Shown piece by piece: positions 49,570-58,956 of a stretch of DNA of 64,000 nt; position 1 is the first letter of the stretch, and the number at the start of each line of letters is the position of its first letter. Under the pieces are notes generated by a model that saw only the letters and a list, made by a program, of their open reading frames with translations, was not told the DNA's origin and searched no databases. The DNA is taken from assembly GCA_965227295.1 (NCBI GenBank), contig OZ245742.1:2144001-2208000 (forward strand), given 5' to 3'. Position numbers and translations under genes: made by a program. The stretch comes from Leptonemataceae bacterium (lineage in GTDB: Bacteria; Spirochaetota; Leptospiria; Leptospirales; Leptonemataceae).

Positions 49570-51066
49570 ATGCCGCAGTCACCGATTGATAGTCAACACC
49601 GTGCCGCTACCTTTGCCGGGATTCTTTTCAACGGGGTGTGGCGGATTGCCTTGCCGACCGGGGATTTTCTAAGCGTGGAGCACGGTGAAGTCGACGGCGA
49701 CGGGGAAGCCTCGCGCTGGAGCACGAAAGCCTATGCCGCTCTGAAACACAGGTTTCGCTTTCACCCGATTCGCGCCGTTCCGGAAGAAGGGCGCTGGTAC
49801 GTCCGGGCGGAACCCGTCGCGTTCGCGGGAGCAGGGAACCCGGATGCGTCCGTGCCTGCGCCGTCCCCGGATCGATCTCTCGCCTTTGTGCTGAGCTTCG
49901 ACGGATGTTCCACGTTTTATCTGGAAGGCATCGGCGAGGACTTCCCGGTCGCGGAGGTCGCGAGTGCGGCGTCCATCGGTCGTCACGCCGTGCATACTTT
50001 GCGGAACGCGGGCCTGGGTCCATTGACGGTCTGCGTCGAGCACGGGCATTTCCTGGAACTCTCATCGAGTGTGAATTTCCCGCAGTTTCAGGGAGATGCC
50101 CTGCGAGCCTTCCAGTATATTGAGGCCGCACTCAAATACGATCTCCGCAGCAAGTTACTAAACCTGGCGGACCTGGACAATCTCAAGCGCCCCTCCGACA
50201 TACCGCAGTCCGCATGGGATGAGGTAATCTCGCAGCTTCGAACGGAAGTCGGCTATCGACGACTGGTGGAAGGTTATATCGACCGCGTTAGAGAATTCGT
50301 GCAAAACGTTTTCATTGCGAACGCCGGCCTGGTCGACAACGTCAGGGATATCATCGACATGGATGGCAATACGTCCGTGACGATCTTTCTCAGCCGGGCC
50401 CTCGAGGCGATGGTGTCGGCCGTAAGCAATTTGAAGTTTACGGGCTCGGGCGCGGTTACCGGCGCCCTGAAAATTTTCGTTCAGCAACTGACGTCCGATA
50501 AAAGGCCGAACCCGATCGACTTCACCCTTGCCGTGGGTGCCGCCCGCGACCGCATGGCGAAGATCTTCAACGACATGATCACGATCACACAGGAGTACCA
50601 GCGGGACGTCTTCGCGGACTGGGGCAGGCTCAAAACGACTGCCGAGGCCATCCGGAGCGGCCACCTGGCGTGGCCGGACGTCGACGACATTTTGCGTCGG
50701 GAGTGCGCCCGGCAATTGGAAATCGCTCTTTATAAGGATCTGCTGAAGTTTCGCTGGTCGCGCCTGCGGCATCCCTGGAATTCCTCCATGTGGGCTGAAA
50801 GTTTGAGCTGGAAGACCGAACGGGAAAGCCTGAATAAAGTTTACTGGTACTCTTATGTTCCGGAGAACCGGAAGCTTGCCGGTCGGGGAGAAGTTCCAGG
50901 CTACAGCTTCAAAGAGTACCTCCTGGGAACAGGGAGTAGTTGGATGGACGAGCGCCAGGCGCATGAGCACCTCGGTGAGAAACTTTTCGATGAACTCAAA
51001 CTGAATCGAGAAGACGTATTCAATCAGTGGGGGCTGACCGAAGTTCCTATCCTCGGTTCACATTAA
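49570..51066 (+). CDS. Hypothetical protein (beta-rich N-terminus, long helical C-terminus)
   Basis: ~498-aa ORF, GGGAG before ATG; no motif recognised with confidence. Confidence 0.7.
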   Translation: MPQSPIDSQHRAATFAGILFNGVWRIALPTGDFLSVEHGEVDGDGEASRWSTKAYAALKHRFRFHPIRAVPEEGRWYVRAEPVAFAGAGNPDASVPAPSPDRSLAFVLSFDGCSTFYLEGIGEDFPVAEVASAASIGRHAVHTLRNAGLGPLTVCVEHGHFLELSSSVNFPQFQGDALRAFQYIEAALKYDLRSKLLNLADLDNLKRPSDIPQSAWDEVISQLRTEVGYRRLVEGYIDRVREFVQNVFIANAGLVDNVRDIIDMDGNTSVTIFLSRALEAMVSAVSNLKFTGSGAVTGALKIFVQQLTSDKRPNPIDFTLAVGAARDRMAKIFNDMITITQEYQRDVFADWGRLKTTAEAIRSGHLAWPDVDDILRRECARQLEIALYKDLLKFRWSRLRHPWNSSMWAESLSWKTERESLNKVYWYSYVPENRKLAGRGEVPGYSFKEYLLGTGSSWMDERQAHEHLGEKLFDELKLNREDVFNQWGLTEVPILGSH

Positions 51067-51169
51067 GAACGATCTTAAGACCGCCTCCGCTCAGAGTTCC
51101 GTTCGCCGTTTTTCTACTGATTGTTAAAATCCTGGTTGTCTTCGGTTTCGGGCCGCACATCTTTTTCGC

Positions 51170-52306
51170 ATGAAATCGAAGCTCATCGTCGCCCTGCTGG
51201 TCATCATCCTCCTGCCCATTATGTTCATTCGCCTGCGTTACGGCGGCGGCGAACCCATGCCCGATCGTTCCAAACCGGCCGGCCTCAACGCGGACATTCT
51301 CGAAACCGTGGCGGAGTTGCCGTTACCGCCGGGTAACATCGCCGTTTCGAAAACCGGGCGCGTCTTTTTTACGTTTCATCCCGAGGGCCGGCGCGATACG
51401 AACGTCGCCGAGCTGGTGGACGGCGTCGCGCGTCCCTATCCGAACGCGGCGTTTCAGTCTCCCCGGGACGGCCTCTACTTCGAAAGCGTACTGGGCATGC
51501 GCATCGACAGCAAAGATCGCCTGTGGACGCTGGACTTCGCCAATCACGGCACCGGCCGGCCGCGTCTACTGGCGTTCGATCTCGCCACGAACGAAGTGGT
51601 GCATCAGTACGACGTGCCGTCGGAGATTGCCGGCCTGGGTTCCATGCTGAACGACATGAGCATCGACGCGGAAGCGGAGACGATTTACATTGCCGAGGCG
51701 AGCATCTTCGCGAAGACTCCGGCCATTATCGTGTACGACATCGCTTCGAAAACGGCGCGGCGATTGCTGGAAGGGCATCCGTCCGTCGAGGCACCGGAGT
51801 ACGTAACGGTCGTCGACGGCGAACCGCAGGTGATTTTCGGTATCTTCGCGATTCGTCCCGGCGCCGATTCGATTGCACTGAGTCGCGACGGCGAGTGGTT
51901 GTACTACTCCGCGGTGACCGGCGAGCACATGTATCGCATTCGCACGGCGGACCTGAACGACGAAGCGCTGAGCGCGGCAGACCTCGGAGAACGCGTGGAG
52001 ATTTTCTACGAAAACAAAACGCACAGCGACGGCATCACCACCGACGACGCCGGCCACATCTACATCACGGACCCGGAGCACTTCGCGATCCATCGCATCA
52101 ACGCGGATCGAACCATGACGACGTTGTTCAAGGACAAACGTCTGCGCTGGCCGGACGGCTTCAGCTTCGGACCGGATGGGTATCTATACGTCACGTGCAG
52201 TGCGTTGCAACACGTCATCTTTAAGGGAGCCGCCAACGTGGACGCGCACGCGCCGTATCACATTTTTCGCTGGAAGCCCGGCGCGAGTGCGGCGGCGGGG
52301 CAGTAG
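51170..52306 (+). CDS. Major royal jelly/Yellow-family beta-propeller protein
   Basis: PYPN, SV.G..ID..DRLW.LD, LND..ID, SDG...D..G, WPDGF. Confidence 0.88.
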   Translation: MKSKLIVALLVIILLPIMFIRLRYGGGEPMPDRSKPAGLNADILETVAELPLPPGNIAVSKTGRVFFTFHPEGRRDTNVAELVDGVARPYPNAAFQSPRDGLYFESVLGMRIDSKDRLWTLDFANHGTGRPRLLAFDLATNEVVHQYDVPSEIAGLGSMLNDMSIDAEAETIYIAEASIFAKTPAIIVYDIASKTARRLLEGHPSVEAPEYVTVVDGEPQVIFGIFAIRPGADSIALSRDGEWLYYSAVTGEHMYRIRTADLNDEALSAADLGERVEIFYENKTHSDGITTDDAGHIYITDPEHFAIHRINADRTMTTLFKDKRLRWPDGFSFGPDGYLYVTCSALQHVIFKGAANVDAHAPYHIFRWKPGASAAAGQ

Positions 52307-52346
52307 TGCTTCGACAATGCCGCCGGATGCCGATCACTAACTTTAC

Positions 52347-53750
52347 TCAGTACGCACCTTCCAGAAACACCACGTATGCCGCGCCGCGGTTCAGGCCGGC
52401 GCCGTCGGTACCGTCCGCGCCGACGATAAGATCCGGTACGTTGTCGCCGTTCAGGTCGCCCGGCAGGCCGATGGTCGTGCCGAAGGCGTCTTGATCGAGC
52501 AGGGGCAGCGGGAAGTTCGTCTGGCTGATCTTTTGCTGTGATTGCACCGTGCCGTTGCGGTTCATGTAGAGAAAGTAGACGGCGCCGCGGTCCGTGCCGC
52601 CGTCGTCATCACGAGTGGCGCCGGCGATCAGGTCCGGAATGCCGTCGTTGTTCAGGTCACCCGGTGCGGCCAGGCTGAAGGCGAAGCGATCATCGGTTTC
52701 GATGTCGGCGGTAAGGCCGGCCTGGCCCGGGATGATCTTCTGCTGCGATTTCACGGTGCCGTCTCTATTCAGAAACAGGATGTAGATGGCACCACTGTCC
52801 GCGCCGCCGGTATCGTCGAAGGTGCCGGCGGCCAGGTCCGGTATGCCGTCCAGGTCCAGATCGCCGATGGCCGCGAGGGCGCTGCCGAAACGATCTTCGT
52901 CAAGCAGTTCGCCGTCGAATCCGCCTTCGAGGTTACTGATCTTCTGCGCGCTCTGGATGTTGTAGTCCGGCTGCATGAACAGAATGTAGACGGCGCCGCT
53001 GTTGGAGTTCAGGTCGTCGTCGAAGATGGCTCCCACCGCCCGATCATCCACCCCGTCCTGGTTCAGATCACCGAGCACGACCAGGTCGGCACCGAAGCGG
53101 TCCTGATCTTCGAGGGCAAACGGCAGATTCCCGGAAAGTTCGCTGTAGACGCGTTCGCCGGCCACGCTGCCGTCAGGATTCAGCCAGAGTTCGTAGAAGG
53201 CGCCCCTGTCGTTGCCGCCATCATTCCGGCGGGCTCCGCTCACGAGAAGATCGGGCACGCCGTCTCCGTTGCGATCGCCGATCGGATGCGTTCGAGCGCC
53301 GAAGTTTTCGGCGTTGTCCGGTACGGTGGTGAGTCCTCCCTGGAGGCCGCTGATCTTCTGCTGTGAGGCCACGGTGCCGTCGGTGTTCAAGAACAGTACG
53401 TAGAGCGCGCCGGAGTTCGGCTGGTTGTCGTCATCGCGGATGGCGCCGACGACAAAGTCCGGCATTCCGTCGCCGTTCAGGTCCCCGGGCACGCTGATGC
53501 CCTGGCCGAAAGCGTCCTGGTCCGCCAGAAAGCCGGAAAAGCCGCCGATCTCTTCCGAAATCCGCACCGCGCTCAACACGTTTCCGCTCGGCGGAGTCGG
53601 CCGGGTTGTGTACAGGATGTAGGGTAGCAGATGGGTGATGGGAGCGCAGACCGCGTCGCCGGGGAGGCAGCCGCTGTTCACGCGCACGCACTGGGCGCAA
53701 ACGGCGGCGAGAGCCACAATTGTGACTGAAAGGATGGATCTGGCCGGCAC
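52347..53750 (-). CDS. Secreted FG-GAP (integrin alpha-like) repeat protein
   Basis: Repeats FG......GDLN.DG.PDL.VGA..DD.....GA.Y.LF. Confidence 0.9.
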   Translation of the reverse strand: MPARSILSVTIVALAAVCAQCVRVNSGCLPGDAVCAPITHLLPYILYTTRPTPPSGNVLSAVRISEEIGGFSGFLADQDAFGQGISVPGDLNGDGMPDFVVGAIRDDDNQPNSGALYVLFLNTDGTVASQQKISGLQGGLTTVPDNAENFGARTHPIGDRNGDGVPDLLVSGARRNDGGNDRGAFYELWLNPDGSVAGERVYSELSGNLPFALEDQDRFGADLVVLGDLNQDGVDDRAVGAIFDDDLNSNSGAVYILFMQPDYNIQSAQKISNLEGGFDGELLDEDRFGSALAAIGDLDLDGIPDLAAGTFDDTGGADSGAIYILFLNRDGTVKSQQKIIPGQAGLTADIETDDRFAFSLAAPGDLNNDGIPDLIAGATRDDDGGTDRGAVYFLYMNRNGTVQSQQKISQTNFPLPLLDQDAFGTTIGLPGDLNGDNVPDLIVGADGTDGAGLNRGAAYVVFLEGAY

Positions 53751-53850
53751 GGTTCCATTCGTTCCCCCGGGGTTACGCCGTCAATGAAGAGGTTCCAGAA
53801 TGCGGTGAATCCTGGTTGCATGATTTGACATGCAATTGTAACATGAAGTC

Positions 53851-54558
53851 GTGGATTTATTTCAGGAGTTTTTCGAGCCGGTATTCTGGAAGACCCCCTG
53901 GCGGCTGCTGGTTGCGATCGGTTGCGGCATCATCGTGGGTCTGGAGCGTGAGTATCGCGCCAAGCCGGCAGGCGTGCGCACGCACATGCTCGTTTCCATG
54001 GGCGCGGCGCTGTTCATGATCGTTTCAGAGTACGTGGCGGAAGAGGCCCGATTGAGCGGTTACACGAACGCGGACCCGGGCCGCATCGCCGCGCAGGTCG
54101 TCACGGGCATCGGCTTTCTGGGCGCCGGAGCCATTCTGCACAGCCGCGGCCTTGTGCTGGGGCTGACCAGTGCGGCGACGATCTGGTGCATGGCGGCCAT
54201 CGGGATCACGGCCGGCGTCGGTCTCGTCTGGACGGCCGGGGCCTGCTCCATCGGGCTGGTGGCAATCTTGCAGTTGTTTACGTTCGTGGAGACGTTTCTG
54301 CGCCGCCGCCGGTTTCGCTACGTGTCGCTGGAAATCATTCTCAAGAACGAAGCTCGCGTCCACGACGTGCGCCGCCTGTTGCGTGCCGAGGGCGTCGTGC
54401 TTTCGAACGAACGTGTAGAGCACGTCCTCGGCGAAGATCACTACTACGCCCTGGCTTACTTTCGCGGCGAGCAGGAAGACGAGCTGACGGACCGGTTGAT
54501 GCAGATGAAAGGCGTGCGCGACGTAATTCTGTTTGATCGTAACGTTAGCCTGGACTGA
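53851..54558 (+). CDS. MgtC/SapB family membrane protein
   Basis: GLERE, AGVRTH, RIAAQVVTGIGFLGAG, GLTSAATIW. Confidence 0.93.
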   Translation: MDLFQEFFEPVFWKTPWRLLVAIGCGIIVGLEREYRAKPAGVRTHMLVSMGAALFMIVSEYVAEEARLSGYTNADPGRIAAQVVTGIGFLGAGAILHSRGLVLGLTSAATIWCMAAIGITAGVGLVWTAGACSIGLVAILQLFTFVETFLRRRRFRYVSLEIILKNEARVHDVRRLLRAEGVVLSNERVEHVLGEDHYYALAYFRGEQEDELTDRLMQMKGVRDVILFDRNVSLD

Positions 54559-54570
54559 GTTAACGAAAAA

Positions 54571-55770
54571 TTACGGACCGGTGGTTACGCAGCGCAGGCG
54601 ATAGAAGTTCGCTTTGCCGCTCCCGGATAGAACGCCGTTGCCGAAAGACACGTGGCGCGCACTGGTGATGCTCAGGATGGAACTCGTAGAGCTCCAGTAC
54701 TCCGCGCCGGAGGTATTCGGAAAGAACGAACTGTCGATGAGCGGCGACGTTGTGGTTGAATCACTCAACAGAGAACTGAGTTCGCGAATGCTCGGAAGAC
54801 GCCAGTCCGTGCGCCCCGCCAGGCTGAGCGCTTCGCAATCCGAGAGGGCATTGACCCATTGGCGGCTACCCGTTGCCCCGGTGCAACTTGCCGTGTAGTC
54901 CAACAACGTACCCGTGCCGGTGTTATCCATGCTGCACTGCGTCCAGAGCAGATTCGTGCGGCTGTCGTAGATCGTGCCGTCGCCGCGATTGGTGTAGGCG
55001 GGGGCCGGCAAAACGTTGCCGGAGACGCAGCGCGTGAAACGACCGGACGTTCCGATGAGACTGGTCGTCGAAGCATCGCGCAGATCAAGCAGCCAGTAGT
55101 TGCCGGGCGTCGTGCCGTCCGCGGTGGAGGACCAGAAAAAATCCGGAGATGCGTTGCCCGGGTGGTTGGGATAGTAGTTGCTCACGTCGTTGTCGTCGAC
55201 GGCCGGATTGGCCCGCTCGTGGTCTCCGAACAACAACAGCTCCCGTCGCGACGGCAGGCGCCAGGTGCGCCCGGCGAGGCTGAGGCCGGCGCAGTACGAA
55301 GCCGCCCCGCTCTGGATCTGAGTGGAATCGGCGACGCCGGTGCAGCTTGTGCCGGACTGGCCTTTGGAACAGCGCTGCCACACGAGACCACTGGTGTTGT
55401 CCGTGATCGTATCGCCGCCGTCCGTAACACTCAGCGACCACAGGTTAGGGACGTCGGCATAGTCACCGTCCTGGCCGGTGACCGTTTGCGGGCACGTGAG
55501 ATAAGCCGTATCACCGGAGGGACCGGACGCGCAACTGGTTTGCCCGCTGTCCGGTAGATAGTCGGTGAGCGTGGTATCGCCGGAGGTGTCTCCGCCCGCG
55601 GCTTCGATGATGGCCGAAGAGAGCGTATACAAAACGACGCCGACGTACGGACGGCACTCGGGATCCGTGTCGGCGCAGCGCGGTTCGACGTGCGTGCAGG
55701 CGGGCGCGAGGAGCAGCAGTGCCGCAACAAAGGTACAGGTGTGTCGCCGACTGTAGCGGAGTAGACGCAT
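54571..55770 (-). CDS. Lipoprotein with two DUF1566 (Lcl C-terminal) domains
   Basis: D..SGLVWQRC/TNLLWTQC, WRLPS..EL, WSST and RCV, each twice; APAC lipobox. Confidence 0.9.
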   Translation of the reverse strand: MRLLRYSRRHTCTFVAALLLLAPACTHVEPRCADTDPECRPYVGVVLYTLSSAIIEAAGGDTSGDTTLTDYLPDSGQTSCASGPSGDTAYLTCPQTVTGQDGDYADVPNLWSLSVTDGGDTITDNTSGLVWQRCSKGQSGTSCTGVADSTQIQSGAASYCAGLSLAGRTWRLPSRRELLLFGDHERANPAVDDNDVSNYYPNHPGNASPDFFWSSTADGTTPGNYWLLDLRDASTTSLIGTSGRFTRCVSGNVLPAPAYTNRGDGTIYDSRTNLLWTQCSMDNTGTGTLLDYTASCTGATGSRQWVNALSDCEALSLAGRTDWRLPSIRELSSLLSDSTTTSPLIDSSFFPNTSGAEYWSSTSSILSITSARHVSFGNGVLSGSGKANFYRLRCVTTGP

Positions 55771-55806
55771 ATCCGCCAGGGATGATACGTTGCGCCGATA
55801 GGAATG

Positions 55807-56956
55807 TCAAGTGGGATCGGATTCGCTCTTCGCGGTTTCCGGATTGTACCATGGATCAAAGGCATCCGAATCTACGGCGAAGCGCACGGCGTGGTAGAGG
55901 ATGTTGTACTGATGCACGTCCGTGAACTCGCTCTGGCCTTCGAAGAGATGATCGAAGACTTTTTCGATACTGCTCCCGGTTTTACGATAGATCTTGTAGC
56001 GGATGAAGGCGCAAAGGGGAGGGGTGGTGCCGGCGCCGGTGGTGTTGACTGTGGGCTTAGCGTGTCCCTTCGTCTTCTATCGCTTCGCGGGATGCTTTCT
56101 TGTGATCAGCGTTCTGAAGGGTGGCGGAGAGCAAAGCGGGCGTGAGGATGTACCAGTCGTCCACCATTTTGGAGTCGTAAACAGAATCCTTGGGGTACTT
56201 GCGGTTCCATTCAATGCCTGCCGATATATCTTTAGCCGGGGCAATTGTTAAAATATTACTGTGGATGGATTTTGCAAACTTTGTACGAAAGTGCTCTTTG
56301 CCTTTGGGCCTGCCGCCTGTCGTTTTTATCTCCTCAAACAAGCAAGAACAAAAGCGCGCCGAGTCGATATTCGGATCTTCCGATTCACCGAAAACCTTCA
56401 AGATTATTTCGTCCGGCTTGTCCGTATCTACGCCTGACCAGGCCTTGCGTTGCGGGTCGTTTGTTTCGATCCAGGTCTTTAGGTCATCAATTCTCTTATT
56501 GATTTCTGTGCCGGACTCAATAGACTCCCCGCCCTCAGGGAGTTCACCCGGCAACGCATTTATACCGTTTAATTGAACGAAACGTTCTCGCTGTCGATTG
56601 TATTCTTTCGAGATGAAATATCGCCGTGCCGTGCAGCTGTTCTTTTCATCAACATTCGCATTCAGATAAAACGCGCCACCCTCTTTGGGTTCTCGTGTTG
56701 CTCCTTCCAGCACGACCCTTCGCAGCGGGTCCTCGCGCAGGCTTTCCGGAAGCCAGTTCAAAATGCGCGGGTCGTCCCCCGTAACCTCAGTTCCTGATCT
56801 CCACGCGTTACCTTTGGCCTTCAGCGCCGCGATGAACGCATCGATCAGTTTCTTGTAAGCATCCGCGGAATCCGAAGCCTCTTTGACCTTCCCATAGAAA
56901 ATCTCCGTATCCGCTTTCGGATCCCCGTCAAACGCAAAACAATCTTTCAACGCCAT
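55807..56956 (-). pseudogene. Last gene of the DUF6603 operon, split by a +1 frameshift near 56066-56068
   Basis: ORF 56956-56057 stops, then a startless 83-codon frame (PTVNTTGAG...SDPT*) with strong C/G third positions runs to 55807; removing one G of GGG joins the two. Confidence 0.6.
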
Positions 56957-58935
56957 CACATTCCTCCAGGCTGCTCAATCACGAACTCAACCGCCGGCAC
57001 ACCTTCGAGAATTTTCCCGGCAAACTCCGCGACCTTCAGCGACGGGCCCCCGAACTGCGAAACCAGGTCGGTCACATTCACCACCTGATCGTGGACCTGC
57101 GCCGTAATCGATTCCCCCTCTTTTGTGAACCGCGCGGTGCCGCCGGCATCATCGAACAGGAAACCGAAGTGCGTTTTGCCGGGATGCAGATGAAACCTGA
57201 GCGAATGAAAGGGACCGTTAATAAGAAATAAACGAATGTTAACATCCAGGTTGTCCTCGCGAATGACGGGAACTGTTTCGCCTGCGCTGTCGCGGATCTC
57301 CACTTCGAAGTCCGGCCAGCCGGAGACGACGAGGGAGTTGATGAGAAAACCGAAGACCTGCCCTCCGGAGAAGAGGCCGTCCAATTCCGTCTGAAGATCG
57401 GCGGCGACGACGTGGCCGATGGAGAAGGCGCCGGACGTGAAGGCGTTGATCCAGAAGCGATCCAGTTGAAAGAATCGAATGCATTCGTTCGGCAGGAGGC
57501 CCGGCGCGGGAATGAGGTAGCGGAACGGGAGCCCGCGCAGTTCGCGCCACGCGCGGAATTTTTCGGCAACATGCGGGGGTACGGGGCGGGCCACCGGATC
57601 ATCGTTCAGGGGCAGGTGATCGAGGGGCGGATACGCGGCGTCTGTCTTCAAAGCGGCCAGGCGTTTTGCGGCGGCATACTCGTGTTTCCAACGGTAGAAT
57701 TCCGTTGCGAAATCTTGATCGTTCAACGCCGTCAGACGGCCGAGTTCGAAGGCGGCGGCGTAGGTGGCGTCCAGGTTGTCCGCGGAGTCTTTGAGCAGCC
57801 AATCATTCTGTGATAAGGATGCACAGGAAAACGAAAGTGGCACGGCGTCGATGAGGCCGGCGGCGAGCGGGCTGCGATAGTGGGCGGGCCGGGTACGGGC
57901 GGTATGATCGGCGTGCACGCGATGAAACGGGAGGGACAGACTCCCGGAAGCGGCGATGAGGTCCGCGGTGCCTGCCGGTCGCAGGGGCGCGCAGCCGTTC
58001 TTCAAATGAGCGAGCAGTTCGTGGAACGTGCTGCCGGGCAGTTTCGCGAGCGACTGCAGGATCTTTTTCCCCGCCGCGGAAACGGAGAGACCGGTCAGCA
58101 CTGATTCGAATTGCGCAGAGTCGTGGTAGAGTTGATCGTAGAGGGATGACAGGTCGGGGAGATCGCCGCGCGGGATCTGTTGTTCGGCCGTCTGTTTCGC
58201 TTTCGCCGCGACGTCCGCGGTGATGACGTACAGCTGATCGTCGAAGGCGTAGAACCTCCATTTGTAAAGATACGGTAAAGTGAGGTTTGTGTCGTTCGGG
58301 ATGCCTGCAAACTTGCCGGACGTCTCGTACTTCTGTTCGAGAGAAACGAGATAGACCGTGCTCGAACGGCCGCGCCGGGGCAGGCGGTTGCAGAGGATCA
58401 CGGCCTGTTCTTCGTGGATGTCGTCCTCGTTCAGTGTCTGCGCGTCTCCTTTGTGTTTGATGCGCGTGAAGCTGAGGTACTTCAGTTCATCGAGGGTGTC
58501 CGGGAACAGATGCGCGAGCGTCGAGTCTACGCTCAGGTAGTCGACGCCGGCCGGGAGACCGGGCGCCGGCGCGGTCGCGGTGGAATTTTCCGCGGCGTGT
58601 GCCGTTTCGCTTTCGTCGATCATCACGAGAAAGAGCCATGACGCATCGCCCTCATACTGCGCGGCGGGGCTGCGTTCCCAGGGGAGGGTGCTGCGGTTCA
58701 GAACGAGCGACGGCAACACCGCCATGTAATCACCGCGGCCGCCGTTCGGCGGATAACTCGAATGAATCAGCGCCGGATCGAGATGATAGCGGGGGCCTTC
58801 GACATCGAAGCTGAGTCTGCATGTGTCGATGTTTGTGGTAGCGACATTGACGGTCTGATGGACCTCGACGTCGTAACGGCCGTCTTGCAGAGACGGTTCG
58901 TGCCGGTTGTAGTATGTAATAGATTTAGTTGTCAT
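56956..58935 (-). CDS. Conserved hypothetical protein ('GPRY...YPP...LP..R.TLPWER' family), DUF6603-operon partner
   Basis: PSL..G.Y, GPRY.L, YPP, TLPWER, CNRLP, LVSLE, YAAAFELGR, PFRYL.P...LP.E.IRFF..D..W, SGWP. Confidence 0.75.
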   Translation of the reverse strand: MTTKSITYYNRHEPSLQDGRYDVEVHQTVNVATTNIDTCRLSFDVEGPRYHLDPALIHSSYPPNGGRGDYMAVLPSLVLNRSTLPWERSPAAQYEGDASWLFLVMIDESETAHAAENSTATAPAPGLPAGVDYLSVDSTLAHLFPDTLDELKYLSFTRIKHKGDAQTLNEDDIHEEQAVILCNRLPRRGRSSTVYLVSLEQKYETSGKFAGIPNDTNLTLPYLYKWRFYAFDDQLYVITADVAAKAKQTAEQQIPRGDLPDLSSLYDQLYHDSAQFESVLTGLSVSAAGKKILQSLAKLPGSTFHELLAHLKNGCAPLRPAGTADLIAASGSLSLPFHRVHADHTARTRPAHYRSPLAAGLIDAVPLSFSCASLSQNDWLLKDSADNLDATYAAAFELGRLTALNDQDFATEFYRWKHEYAAAKRLAALKTDAAYPPLDHLPLNDDPVARPVPPHVAEKFRAWRELRGLPFRYLIPAPGLLPNECIRFFQLDRFWINAFTSGAFSIGHVVAADLQTELDGLFSGGQVFGFLINSLVVSGWPDFEVEIRDSAGETVPVIREDNLDVNIRLFLINGPFHSLRFHLHPGKTHFGFLFDDAGGTARFTKEGESITAQVHDQVVNVTDLVSQFGGPSLKVAEFAGKILEGVPAVEFVIEQPGGM

Positions 58936-58956
58936 ACTGCTCTCCGTTCGCAAGGA

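Noticed and set aside
55804..56145. Plus-strand 113-aa ORF
   Set aside because: Antisense shadow of the minus-strand frameshifted segment, which has the better codon bias
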